Translations under genes and position numbers: made by a program | Notes under the pieces: model-generated | Told to the model about the DNA's origin: nothing | The model's database searches: none | What the model saw: only the letters and a program-made list of their open reading frames with translations | Shown: positions 42,334 to 54,222 of the stretch, one piece after another | How the letters are laid out: each line of letters starts with the position of its first letter | How positions within the stretch are numbered: the stretch's first letter is position 1 | Origin: Antedon mediterranea | Lineage: Eukaryota > Animalia > Echinodermata | Assembly (NCBI RefSeq): GCF_964355755.1 | Contig: NC_092675.1 | Location: forward strand, 22,106,912 to 22,170,911 | Direction of reading: 5' to 3' | DNA length: 64,000 bases

Positions 42334-45300
42334 ATGCCGGAAAAAAGGAATTTTGTAGGAAGATGGAGTGCTGTTAGAATAAGGCGACCAAAAAAGACGA
42401 TGAAACGATTATTGGCTCTGGCCATTGGTGCATTTATAGTTACCCTCTTTCTGATATTCAAAACTGGAGAATTGCAAGGAAATGGTACCGGAATTCATCG
42501 TTTAAACCGTGAGTAGATTTTCGCCCACATCATCAATGACAGCAAAATGAGGCCTAGCTATACCTACTTCTAGCATGCTTGCATCTCAGTATTCTACCTG
42601 ATATATTGACAAAGATTATGAAATTGGTGGTCAATGATGTTGAAATACTGTATGGCGGAGATGTATTTTTTTTAAATATTTAAATAAAATTTTTTTATTT
42701 TCCCCATCATCCCATCATCAATCATCTCATTTCAATTCAAGCCACACCCACTTTTTTCGTTTTCTTAACGGATAAAATAATTGGTTCTACTTTTACTCAA
42801 ATAACCACCCACCAGTGAAAATCGATAATCAACATTTTTGACCTGCTGAAAAAAAAAGAATTTCTTTTCCATTAAATTTGTATTTCATTTGCTGAGTAAT
42901 AGTATGTCACCAAATATTTTTGATAGTTTAGCATAGCATTGTTCATTAAAGTTGATATAAAGCAATACAATGTGTTTTTCCTACTTCAGATTGCAATTAT
43001 TGTATTTTGTAATATCAACAAAAAATTGTACATTTTGTCGTTCGAAATTGACATAAAATATGATGATATTTTCATGCAAATCAGATGGAAATGTTAAAAA
43101 TTCCTACAACAATATTGGTATGTACATATCTTTTTTGCGTCACAAGGGATGTGTGCTGGGTAGAGTCAGCCAACAGCCAATTAAAATGATACAATGCACA
43201 TCTGAGTAGGGTAAAACATATTTGTTTGCATTTTAATTTCATTATAATTTTAACCCAGCACACACACCCTAATCTCTTGATTTTCTATGAAACATTACTT
43301 TTAAAATCATTCATTAAATTTTAGGGTAATCTTTCTTGTTTTTAAAATGCTTTGGTTTGTTAAATTGCTTTATTTGTTTTGTGAATCTGTTTTAATATAA
43401 TTTTTTTTTCTATTTTCAAAAGTGAACACTGGAAATAATCTGTGTACTGTAAAATGATGCCAATTTCCAAACTATTTACACAGTTTTGTTTGAATATAAT
43501 TCTGCAACAAATCAAAGTATTTGAATTTGGAGGTTCATTCATTTTGAATGAGACTACAAAAGCTATGTTTATATGAGCTGTTACAATACAATAATTCCCA
43601 TAACATAACAATTATTCAAGTATTTTAATACAAAGCATGGACTATATAAATAATGTATTGATTTTGTTCAAATGTAATTCTCATACGAACACCTGAATTA
43701 AAGTAAACAACAAAATTGTTGGTAAGGAGGTTAAGGTTAAAGAGACATTACAGTATATTTATATTAAAACTATTCAATAGTTGGACAGGAACTCTTCAAA
43801 TTTGCAGCCATATCTGTTTAATATTTATTAGTATAATTTTTTTTTTTAAATTAAAATATTCTGTTTAAAAAAAATAATTTTATATAAAATTATAAAATGA
43901 ATGCTACAATTTTTTTTAAAATTTCTTAAATTAATTAAACAGTTAGCGTGTACAGTACAGTAGTAGTGGTGCCTGACATCCTTGGCCTTTGTTTCAAACT
44001 GCTATCTAGTTGGCCGAGCCGATATGTGATGCTGCAATATTCGATGGTTCCTCTTCATGGTGGTTCGACTTTTTAGCTGTGGGTTAGTTGGAGTTTACTC
44101 TACCCATCTAGTTGCAATATAATAGCTGTATGGGTTTATGCATCAATTTGGCCATGGCCATATCAATGTTTTTACACTCATTAATTTCAATATTGAACCG
44201 CATTGTGTAAATCATGGATTATTGATTTTCTCATTGTGTAGTACTGTACTGTAGGTTCAGATTTTGTATTGTTCGGTTGGGTGTTTGAATTTTATGTTAT
44301 GGTTATATGTGTGGGGGATTGTATCAGGGATTCTATCAATTTACCATAATTATTTTCTCATTTTGTTTGTTTTTGTGTTTGTACAGTATATTTGTTTAAT
44401 GGAACCTGGGCAAGAAGATCAACAAATTAATAAATGATATTGGACCATATTAGTTTTAAAAATACACAATCCATTCAACAGTAATTCATCATGGATGGAT
44501 AAAATATATCGTGATAAATAAAATAAGTCTCATTGAAGCTTAGGGAATGGAGAAAAACAGTGGCACTACTTTATGTAACAATGGCACTACTTTAGGTAAC
44601 AGTGGCACGTACTACTTTAGGTAACAGTGGCACTACTTTAGGTAACAGTGGCACTACTTTAGGTAACCGTGTACTTTGAATTGGAAGGCAAACATCTCCA
44701 CTATCATAGTTTATTGACACAGAGAGATGCATTTGTATCTGGCTTAGTACAAACCCTGAGACTATTATACTGCTTTCACTTGGATCGTTCACAAGCCGCT
44801 CTCAAACTGATCGTCAGCTCATGACGCCAAGCTATTCATCATGCAAACAACGGCCGCTGAAGTGCAGATTCTATCGAGATCGATCGATGACATGCCACTC
44901 TTAGTCAGCATTGAAAATGTACCTGTCATGTTGTCTTTCATAAAAAGGATGCAATATTTGAGAATGAAACTGTCTTTTATTATGTCCTATTGTGACCATT
45001 TTATTTTTGTTTTTTCCAGTAGCTGGGATGTTTCAACAACCAACCATGGACCCTATTGTCCAGAAATATCAAGGTAACTAAACTATTATAATTTTAAAAA
45101 TTTATAAATCTACAAATAATTTTGAATTATTATTTATAAACATTATTTAACAGTTTTATTAGGGTTATCCCCAGGTATGCTCTTCTGTTTGTTTTGTAGT
45201 TGTTTATGGTATCATTTTTATTGAACATATTGAATTCAAACTCTCTCTGTCAAACTGTATTGTATTATACTTGAAAAAAAGCTAGATTCTACCTATAAAG

Positions 45301-48300
45301 TATATAAAATATATAAATTAAGTACCCCTCCTATGGAACACCTCAATTTAAGTCAGTGAAACATTAGCTTTTTTAAGACGCAAATTGAAATTGGCCGTAG
45401 TGTTAAAAATATTGCCACTCATTTTTTGCCTTAAATAGGAGTGTCCCCTGAATAGGAATTAGCCCTAGTGTTAAATATATTGCAACTCATTTTTTTCACA
45501 GGTAAGTGTCCCCTTAATAGGAGTGTCCCCTGAATAGGAATTAGCCCTAGTGCTAAATATATTGCCACTCATTTTTTTCACAGGTAAGTGTCCTCTTAAT
45601 AGGAGTGTCCCCTGAATAGGAATTAGCCCTAGTGCTAAATATATTGCCACTCATTTTTTTCACAGGTAAGTGTCCCCTTAATAGGAGTGTCCCCTGAATA
45701 GGAATTAGCCCTATTGTTAAATATATTGCCACTCACGGCTTAGTGTCCTCTGAATAGGGGTGTCCCCTGAATAGGAATTAGCCCTAGTGCTAAATATATT
45801 GCCACTCATTTTTTTCACAGGTAAGTGTCCTCTTAATAGGAGTGTCCCCTGAATAAGAATTAGCCCTAGTGCTAAATATATTGCCACTCATTTTTTTCAC
45901 AGGTAAGTGTCCCCTTAATAGGAGTGTCCCCTGAATAGGAATTAGCCCTATTGTTAAATATATTGCCACTCACGGCTTAGTGTCCTCTGAATAGGGGTGT
46001 CCCCTGAATAGGAATTAGCCCTAGTGCTAAATATATTGCCACTCATTTTTTTTCACAGGTAAGTGTCCTCTTAATAAGAGTGTCCCCTGAATAAGAATTA
46101 GCCCTAGTGCTAAATATATTGCCACTCATTTTTTTCACAGGTAAGTGTCCCCTTAATAGGAGTGTCCCCTGAATAGGAATTAGCCCTATTGTTAAATATA
46201 TTGCCACTCACGGCTTAGTGTCCTCTGAATAGGGGTGTCCCAAAGGAGGGGTTCTATGTACTTAAACCTAAAAATGTAAATTTAACCTTACAGGAAAAGA
46301 GCGCATGCCGCCAACTATTGAGAATATGGATGAAGAACCTGTTAGTCACACAGCAGAATTTCTTCTAGAGTATTACCTAACCAAAAAGACGGATGGCATT
46401 GAAATCACATGGTTGAAAAATAACAACACACGCAAGTTATTACTCCAAGTATTAGATGGTAGGTATGTCGTGGAAGTCAAGTTGTTGATATGAAATACCT
46501 TTAGAGCTCCAAACTTCCGAGGAAATTAAATATTAGGAAAAATATACCGTAAATCTTCTAATTTTTTCCCCTGGGTTATTATTCTTTAATTGTTTTTTAG
46601 GGGGGGGGGGGGGGTTACTATTAGAAGGGGGGTTACTAATCTTAAATTAGGAACCTGAAAATAGTAACCCACCCTTTTACGGTCAGCAAATTATAGCAAA
46701 ATAATAAAACAGTTTATAAACTCAAAAACACTCAAACTTCCCCCACTCCCGAGATCAACATGCATTATCTCCTTATTTTCAAAATACTGTTGCATCATAA
46801 CCAGTCTTCATAATGTCATTTTGTCAATAGTTTTTGTGACTCTAATATTAACCCTCATGGGTTACTATTAGAGTAGTGGGTTATTATTAGAAGATTTACG
46901 GTATTTATATTTCATATATTTATATAGATTGACTTAAAGGTGGGTTACTATTAGAAGGGGGGTTACTATTAGAGTGTGGGTTACTATTAGAAGGTGGGTT
47001 ACTATTAGAAGGGGGGTTACTATTAGAGTGTGGGTTACTATTAGAAGGGGGGTTACTATTAGAGTGTGGGTTACTATTAGAAGTGGGGTTACTATTAGAG
47101 TGTGGGTTACCATTAGAAGATTTATGGTATTTATATTTTATTCAAAGGCAATTGAATTACTTTTTTTTTCTTTTTCAGACCATTTATTGATGATGGTAGA
47201 GGTTGACGTAATTACAAAAAAGGACAAGTCTTCTAATGGAACAGCTATTATTGCTCCTACTAATGCCAAAGACGAATATGAGCTTAAACTGAAATCATTT
47301 TTAAAATATCTTGCAGTCTATTCAAACAAAGGAGTCAAAATTAACATTGATTCATTAGAAACATTACAATTTGCATTGCAAACACTAAAAACTATGCAGT
47401 ATCAATTGCATTCTCCAATCTGGTTGAGTATAAATGTGCTTCAAGGACCCAACTCTAAAAAAGAAGTTTTGGATTTTCCAAAGGCAGTCAATTTAATAAT
47501 AGAGTATTATCCTCCGGTATCTTTGTCATTGGGATGGTCAACAGAATTGCAGTCAGAACCTGTTAAATCAGGATATAACTGGTATCATGTTATTAGCATG
47601 GCCAAGTTATGTATCAAATTTCAGCAGCGTGTGTCCTTCTCTGTACGAGCAATCTACGGTGTGCATTCAATACATCAAATTAAGTGGTTGGTAAGTTTAT
47701 CGAGTAGATTTTCTGTGACTGTATGGGCAGATGAATCAGACAGTTTATCAGTCTCCGTTTTAGAGAATTTTCGCCAGGAAACTGATCCCAGCAAAGTGTT
47801 TTATAACTTACCAAAACAGTTGCTTGATGAATTAAAATCAACTGAAACAGCAAAAAGTAATCCTGTTGGTAAATGGGACAGAACATTATGGAAGCCGTCC
47901 ATATTGGATGATAAATCATTAGCATTTTTAGGGACAGAGCATGCAGTGTTAGAAGGCGGTAACAGCTGGCTTGTGTCGAAAATATCACACCAGCCCGCTC
48001 CACCAAATCGCAAATATGTACAGGTTCGCGGTAATGTGCAATTCATAAACTCGCCAAAAGATAAAAAGCATCTTTCAAAATTTGTGCTGTTTATTCGTAG
48101 CTCAGGGGTAAATCCTCCACAAGCTAAAGATGTACATGGCGTGAGGCTTATTATAATGGGTGATGGAACAGTGACATTTAGCTCGCAAAATCTGAAAAAG
48201 GCAGAGGTCTACAAACCACAGACTATGGCTAAATTGCCGAGTGGCAGCTGTGTCTCCTTCAATGTTACTGATTCAGGGGAAAATGAACCGATCTTGTGCT

Positions 48301-48464
48301 CTTTGTCAATAATAGATTGTGAAAGCAGAAAACCAGTTGATTCATCTGAAGTATCTTTACATTTAAGAGTGCCATATGACAGTGATAGACAGATGTTTTA
48401 TATTGCGGTAACCGGGGGAACAGCGACAGAAGCTGTTGTTGTTGAAAATCTAATTATATCATAA
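42334..48464 (+). CDS. FAM151/menorin-like (DUF2181, PLC-like phosphodiesterase fold) type II membrane protein with a beta-rich C-terminal domain, 559 aa
   Basis: Exons 42334-42508 (basic N-terminus plus TM segment LLALAIGAFIVTLFLIF), 45020-45073, 46294-46458 and 47179-48464, all phase-1 GT-AG junctions, 1680 nt open. Motifs ITWL, MVEVDV, KGVKI, PIWLSINVLQGPN, SLGWST, SFSVRA, SVTVW and VFYNL match the FAM151/DUF2181 pattern. Confidence 0.85.
44557..44667. repeat. 21-bp tandem repeat
   Basis: About 5 copies of ACAGTGGCACTACTTTAGGTA. Confidence 0.9.
45435..46240. repeat. Satellite with 82-bp and 73-bp units forming a ~237-bp higher-order repeat, inside a MITE
   Basis: Unit AATAGGAGTGTCCCCTGAATAGGAATTAGCCCTAGTGCTAAATATATTGCCACTCATTTTTTTCACAGGTAAGTGTCCCCTT, bounded by inverted MITE-like ends (ACCCCTCCTATGGAACACC at about 45324; GGTGTCCCAAAGGAGGGGT at about 46234). 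Confidence 0.92.
46547..46901. mobile_element. Tc1/pogo-type MITE
   Basis: TIRs CCGTAAATCTTCTAAT / ATTAGAAGATTTACGG with TA flanks and internal GGGTTACTATTAG repeats. Confidence 0.7.
46939..47130. repeat. 18-bp minisatellite derived from the MITE subterminal repeat
   Basis: About 10 copies of (G/T)GGGTTACTATTAGA(AG/GT), ending in a second copy of the MITE end. It explains the false N-terminus of ORF 46974. Confidence 0.85.
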
Positions 48465-48672
48465 ATCATTGTATGATTAGTATGTACAACACAAAAAAAC
48501 CCAGTACTTTAGGCCAAATTCGGGAAAATATAATCCTTCAAGGAAAATAGAATTCTCTGGAAGGTTATCATTATTATAAATTGCACCACTAAGCAATATT
48601 TGCAATATAATGTTAAAATATTTGTGTAATTTATTTGAGTAAAACTCTATGTGTTTGTATGTTTTATTTATT

Positions 48673-48839
48673 AATCCAAAGGCAAATTACTGAAAAAATG
48701 ACAATGCTGTGGGTATCAGTGGCTGGATCTCAATGGAAATACAAAAAAAAATCGAAAAGCTAAATCAAAACAATAAAATAAAACAGCCAGAAAAGTTAGC
48801 AGAGCTTTCGGGCAACACTAGCCCTTCATCAGTGCAAGT
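48673..48839 (-). mobile_element. ~165-bp hammerhead-containing short repeat (Penelope-like terminal repeat / retrozyme-like), copy 1
   Basis: Near-identical to 57868-58030, 62925-63087 and 63110-63277. Hammerhead GCA-CTGATGA-A-GGGC-tagtgtt-GCCC-GAAA-GC-TC-TGC at 48799-48835 on the minus strand. Confidence 0.8.
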
Positions 48840-50109
48840 TTTATTTATTTATATTATTATATTATTTTATTTATTTATATTTATTGATTTAAATTTTTCC
48901 ATTGCCTTGAAACTTATTTGTACTAGATACAACATTTGTGCATAATTGTGTATGTTAAAAATACTATAATCATCATTTCTGCAATCTGTTACATATGTTT
49001 AATATTGTATATAGTGTGTTTACATTATTCCATCTACCTGTATATGTTCACTTTTTTAATGGTGTCATTTTATGTTGTGTATATGCCTGCTTTAATTTCA
49101 GAATGTGTACCTCAGGGGGTTAATAGGTATTTTGTTTTTGCAATTGTTCCATCGGTGTTTGGTCATTAGTCATCAATTTTTTATTTTGGTAGAGGTATAT
49201 ATTAATCAATTTTGTATTTTAACCTGAACAAAAATTTTTTTTTAAATGTGCCATTTTACTCTCACATAATATAGTTATTCACTTTGACAAAAAAATTGGA
49301 TCGAAAAAAAAAGAACATTACTTTATTCCCCCAACAAAATGTAATTTAATGCAAAAAAAATAGTCAAATTGACTGCTATTAGCAGGGTTAGGTACAGTAC
49401 CTGCCTTGTATTGTAAGCATTTTATTTGGAATATGTAAATAGAAATATGTAATATCAATATTTTACAATTAGTAGTTAATGTATAGTCAGTATATTGCAA
49501 TAGTTTTACCCAAATCAATGCAAAGTAATGCAAGAGTGAAAACATTAGGCCTACATTTTTTAAGGTAGACCTTTTTAGTATTATACTAGTTCCTTGTTCA
49601 AATCTAATTCCATAATATTATTTATTGTCTTTTAAGTAACCAAAAATAGATAGTACAGGTAATATTTGTCACAAACTTTCATTAGTTTTATAAAGATTTT
49701 TACCAAAGTTTAACATTATTTCTAGTATTTTACTTTACATAATATATTTGATGATGACCAGGTTTGAATAGCCTATTAAAGAAGAAAATTAATTTAAAAA
49801 TGAATTTATACTTTATGATATGGTGAAGACAATAAAACTGCCTAAGAATGAAAATGTGTACAATGTCATTTTTTCAGATTTTGTTTTAATGAATGATATT
49901 AAAGCTATCTATTCCAGTAATTAATATATGTTTACCTTGAAAGTTAGAGACAACTTAATTACATTCAATTCTTTAAAAGCTGAATTGGATTTTAATTGTT
50001 AAGTTCTTTTCCAAGCTTAACCTGTGAAAGAATAAATCTCTGTAATATAATTCTGGGTTCATTTCGTTTTCATTTAGAATGAGACAATAATATCAACACA
50101 ATAATATAC

Positions 50110-53100
50110 AACTAGATTTAATTCGTCACTATGACGAATTATAGGTTATATGCATTGATTTAAATCAAGATAATTGATTTTTAAAAGATATATTGATTGA
50201 TTGATTTTCTCAGAATCTTTAATTATTTATAATATATGATAGGACCTTGCTAACGCGAACACCATAGCCGGTATCACAATCCGATCAAAGATCCCTCTGC
50301 GTATAATGTCATAAACCACATTTGCTGTTACATAATAATAAAGACATAAGTTATTTTTTATCTAGATTTCATTATAAATCATGTGTATAATATATACACT
50401 AAAAAATAAATTTGAACAAACAATACGGATAATAAAAAAAAAAATTTATTTCGTTTCCCAAGGTGAGACTCGATCTCGGTACCTTGAGTGCCATAGACAC
50501 GAGCACACACCACCGAGCCATACACAACTGACTAAAAATTGTAGAAAAATTCCTCCGTGTATTTACTATGCAGTAACCACTTTGGTGCAGATAGATTATT
50601 ACATACCGCAATGAATTATAATTTTTTACTATGATGACATCTCTAAAAATGTACAAAAATGATGCACTGTCAAACTATATACTTTTAACTTTAATATATG
50701 AACTTTTGAAGGAAGAAAGTTAATGTTAAGTTTGTTATTTTGGCCTAAGAAAATGTCATAATTTGTTTGATTGTCGAAATGAATTTTTTTTAAATTTAAT
50801 ATGCAATTAATTATGGCTTAATCAACTTTTGTTCCCTTAGTTTAATAATAAATCATACATAAGATACATACACTTCAAGAAAATTAAATAAAAAATATGT
50901 GTTCCCGAGCATTCTGACGATCTATATTAATTTTAAAATTTAGCATATTTTCACCATTTTGTTAACTTACACGTGCGTAGCCTGTCACTTTTGACGTGCT
51001 CGTATAAGGCAATTACGCGTTGAAAAGTGAATAAAATATGATGATATTATTAAAGAAAGGTTGTACAACCGAAATCGGACAAAAAGAGTGCGCATTAACG
51101 TATAACGCGCAGTGCGCGTGCAAAAATCTGCGCACTCATGGCAATTTTTTAAACGCTTAAAATTGCCTGAAACGTACTCTAATTTCATCGAAAATAAATT
51201 TTGACAATTTTGAACATTTTAAGCGCGCGTACGCAAGCGTTATATGCGCTACGCACGTAATTGTATTGCCATATGATGAAATATGACCTGAAATTTATGA
51301 GTACCAAATTTTGTTTAATTGTGATTCATGCTTGTGAAGATATGATTACAAACGTGATTTCGTAAAATCGCGCGTAGACCGCGTAATTTTTGATTACGCA
51401 TCGTGAAAATATAACCACATCGATTCCTGGCCATAAGGAATATACTCTGAAAAATTGACTTAGATAGATGAAACTGATTTCAAGATAATTCACGGACAAA
51501 ATAGTGCTAAGGAAAGAATAAATAAACTAGAACTTAAACTCGTCACTTGAGGACGAGTTTGGTTATCCGCCCGCAACAAAACGTATCTTGCGTATTAAAG
51601 TACTTCTCAGTTATGACTTTTCCAAAAAAGTAGCTTATTCAAAATTAAAACTTCCCTTTCAGTGTAATAACCTAATAAATCCTTTTAATTAATTGCTTTC
51701 CCGTGATGGGATTCGATCCCGGTACCTCTAATACCAAAGTCGGTTGCACTACACATCGAGCCATATGAGCACCTGTTGAAGAAAATCCGAAGGAAGAGTC
51801 CTAGTTCATTCGGTATGTCGTGAACCCTCTCGATGCAAGTTGATTATTACATATCGAACTTAAATCATAATTTTTACTATGATGAAATCTTCACAAATTT
51901 TAAACAGTGACATATTATGAAAGTGCATACTTTCAAGTTTTATATATTAACATGTAAAGAAAAAAGATAAACGTTATGTTTATTGTTTTACTCTTTGAAT
52001 ATGTTTATGTTTGTTTGTTGATAATTATTTCAAAAATTACATTTAATATGCAAATAATGTAGCCATCAAACACGTTTTAGCATTCAACACTATAATAAAT
52101 CAGACCTATGATTCATACACTGCAAGAAATTAAAATAAAAAATGGGGGTAACCTTGCATTCTGATGAACTGTGTCATTTTTAAAAGTAGACATATTTTGC
52201 AACATTTTCACAATTTGTTGACGTTTTCGTGCGCAACCTGTCATGTTTAACGTGCACGTAGAACGCCATTTCAAGTTGAAAAGTGAATAAAATAACGTAA
52301 AATTGTTAACCGAAGATTTAAAAACACAAATCGTGGAAAAGAAATGCTCATACCTGTTTCCTGCGCCGTGCGCGCGTAAAAATGTGCGCACCAGTGGCAA
52401 TTTTTTAAACGCTTAAAATGACCTGAATCGTGCTCTAATTTAATCAGAAATTGATTTGAAGCATTTTAAAATTTCAAACGCCATTTACGCGCGCACTTTC
52501 TAATGTTACAAATTGCGATAGCGTTAAAAAAGTTAACTATTGATGTGAAGCAAACGTGGCTGAAAATGACGTTAAAAAATATTCATTTGTTTCGAAGTTA
52601 TAACCAATTTAAGATTTTCAGAAAATCACGCGTAACTTACGCTACGCGGCTCTGACATCGTCAAAAAGCTTGGCTGGACAACTTCAGTAAAATGTCTATA
52701 TGTTGAACAAGTTACAAAATGTTATGTTAACGCGTTACAGAGAAACAGCGTGCACAAATTAGGAGCATTTTAAAATTTCAAACGCAGTTTACGCGCAGAT
52801 TTTCTAGTGTTCAAAAATTTGCTGAAGAGCGAAAAAGTTAGCCATTGATGTGAAGAAAACGTGGCTGAAAATTTCGTTAAAAAATATTTATCGGTTTCGA
52901 AGTTATGACCGATTTAAGATTTTCAGAAAATCGCGCGTAACTTACGCTACGCGGATCTGACATTGTCAAAAAGCTTCGCAGTACATCTTCAGTTAATTGT
53001 CTATATGTTGACCAAGTTACAAAATGTTATGTTAACACGTTCAAGAGAAAACGCGTACACAAAATCCGAGAAAGAAAGAAGAATAATAAAAAAAAAAAGT

Positions 53101-53206
53101 AACACTACAATAACAAAGGTTATCCGCTTGAGGCGGATAACCAATAAATAAATAAAGATTTTGACAGAATCAAGAGGTTATATGCATGATAATGCATATA
53201 ACCTAA
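50110..53206 (-). mobile_element. Helentron/HINE element A (host of nested element B)
   Basis: CTAG plus hairpin AATTCGTCA-cta-TGACGAATT plus AGGTTATATGCAT at 50112-50155; terminal hairpin AGGTTATATGCAT-gata-ATGCATATAACCT at 53175-53204. Confidence 0.75.
51525..53144 (-). mobile_element. Helentron/HINE element B nested in A
   Basis: CTAG plus hairpin AACTCGTC-acttgag-GACGAGTT plus GGTTATCCGC; terminal hairpin GGTTATCCGC-ttgag-GCGGATAACC at 53118-53142; internal ~305-bp tandem duplication (52459 and 52764). Confidence 0.75.
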
Positions 53207-54222
53207 TTAATTAATAGAAGATATAAAAATATAAAGACCTGAGCATTAGAGCAAGGCCAGTGTAGTTATGAAATGAGATGTATTTGTCACCGCCTATAAA
53301 AAAAGTTGCAAGTTTGAATAAAGAATGAGGATTAATAAGGCCAAACCCAAACAAAATTTCATAAAGTATTCTGGCTGACATTCCTTTGGTTTAGTATGAT
53401 TAATTATGAAATAAATTAAAAACATTTTTTTTTATTTATAACAATAGGCTACATACCATTGATGTTGTAACGTGTAAATAGGAATCTCACGGAATACTAC
53501 CGCGTCCGTGAGAATAGCCTTTTTCCGTCAAGAACAATGTCAACAAATGCACGTGTGTTGATTGTGTGAGAGAAAGGAAGTTCTTTTTAATTTGACAGGT
53601 TTTACGCTTTTTGTGGATATTTTGAATGTTCTTTCACATTTCTGATATAGTTAAGTATGTGAAGATTACAGTAAAATAATAATGTTTTTGAAACTGTGAA
53701 TGACTCTGGCCTACAATAGCTTGATAGCTAGGCCTTAAGAATTAACCTCCGCTGAGTATACGTCTTAGTCGTACGCCCACTGTTAAACCGTCCATAATCT
53801 AAATAGCTTTCTAAAGGAAGTGATCAGGTTGGCTTTCTTTCTACTAAATAATATAAAAACACATGGTTATAGATAAATATGATAATTTTTAAATATCTTT
53901 TGCGGCCAAGATCTGTTACGATAAAGTTAATAATGCTAAAATGATTTAAATTATTGAAAATTATGTACATTTTATAATATTTTATATTTACTGTGTATGG
54001 CCTACAATGTGGCTTTTTAACTGGTTGCTTTGCTATTGAAACTGATATGTAAAGTTTGACTATCAGTTTGGCTGACATTTTATTCTTGGCCTATGTCTAT
54101 GATGGTTTCACATTATAAAAGAAAAACCACTGTGTAACTGTTTCTTGTCATTTTTAAACCATTTATTTATGGTAACTGTTATTCTCTTTTTTTTAAGGTT
54201 ATTTATTGTTTGACCAATCAGA

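Noticed and set aside
42093-42461. 122-aa antisense ORF over the FAM151-like exon 1
   Set aside because: No recognisable homology; a shadow ORF.
45435-46240. CRISPR-like regularly spaced repeats
   Set aside because: The intervening sequences are themselves repeated, so this is a satellite.
46974-47178. Repetitive N-terminus (WVTIRRGVTIRV)n of the 496-aa ORF
   Set aside because: It is the translation of an intronic 18-bp minisatellite. The real exon starts at the acceptor at 47179.
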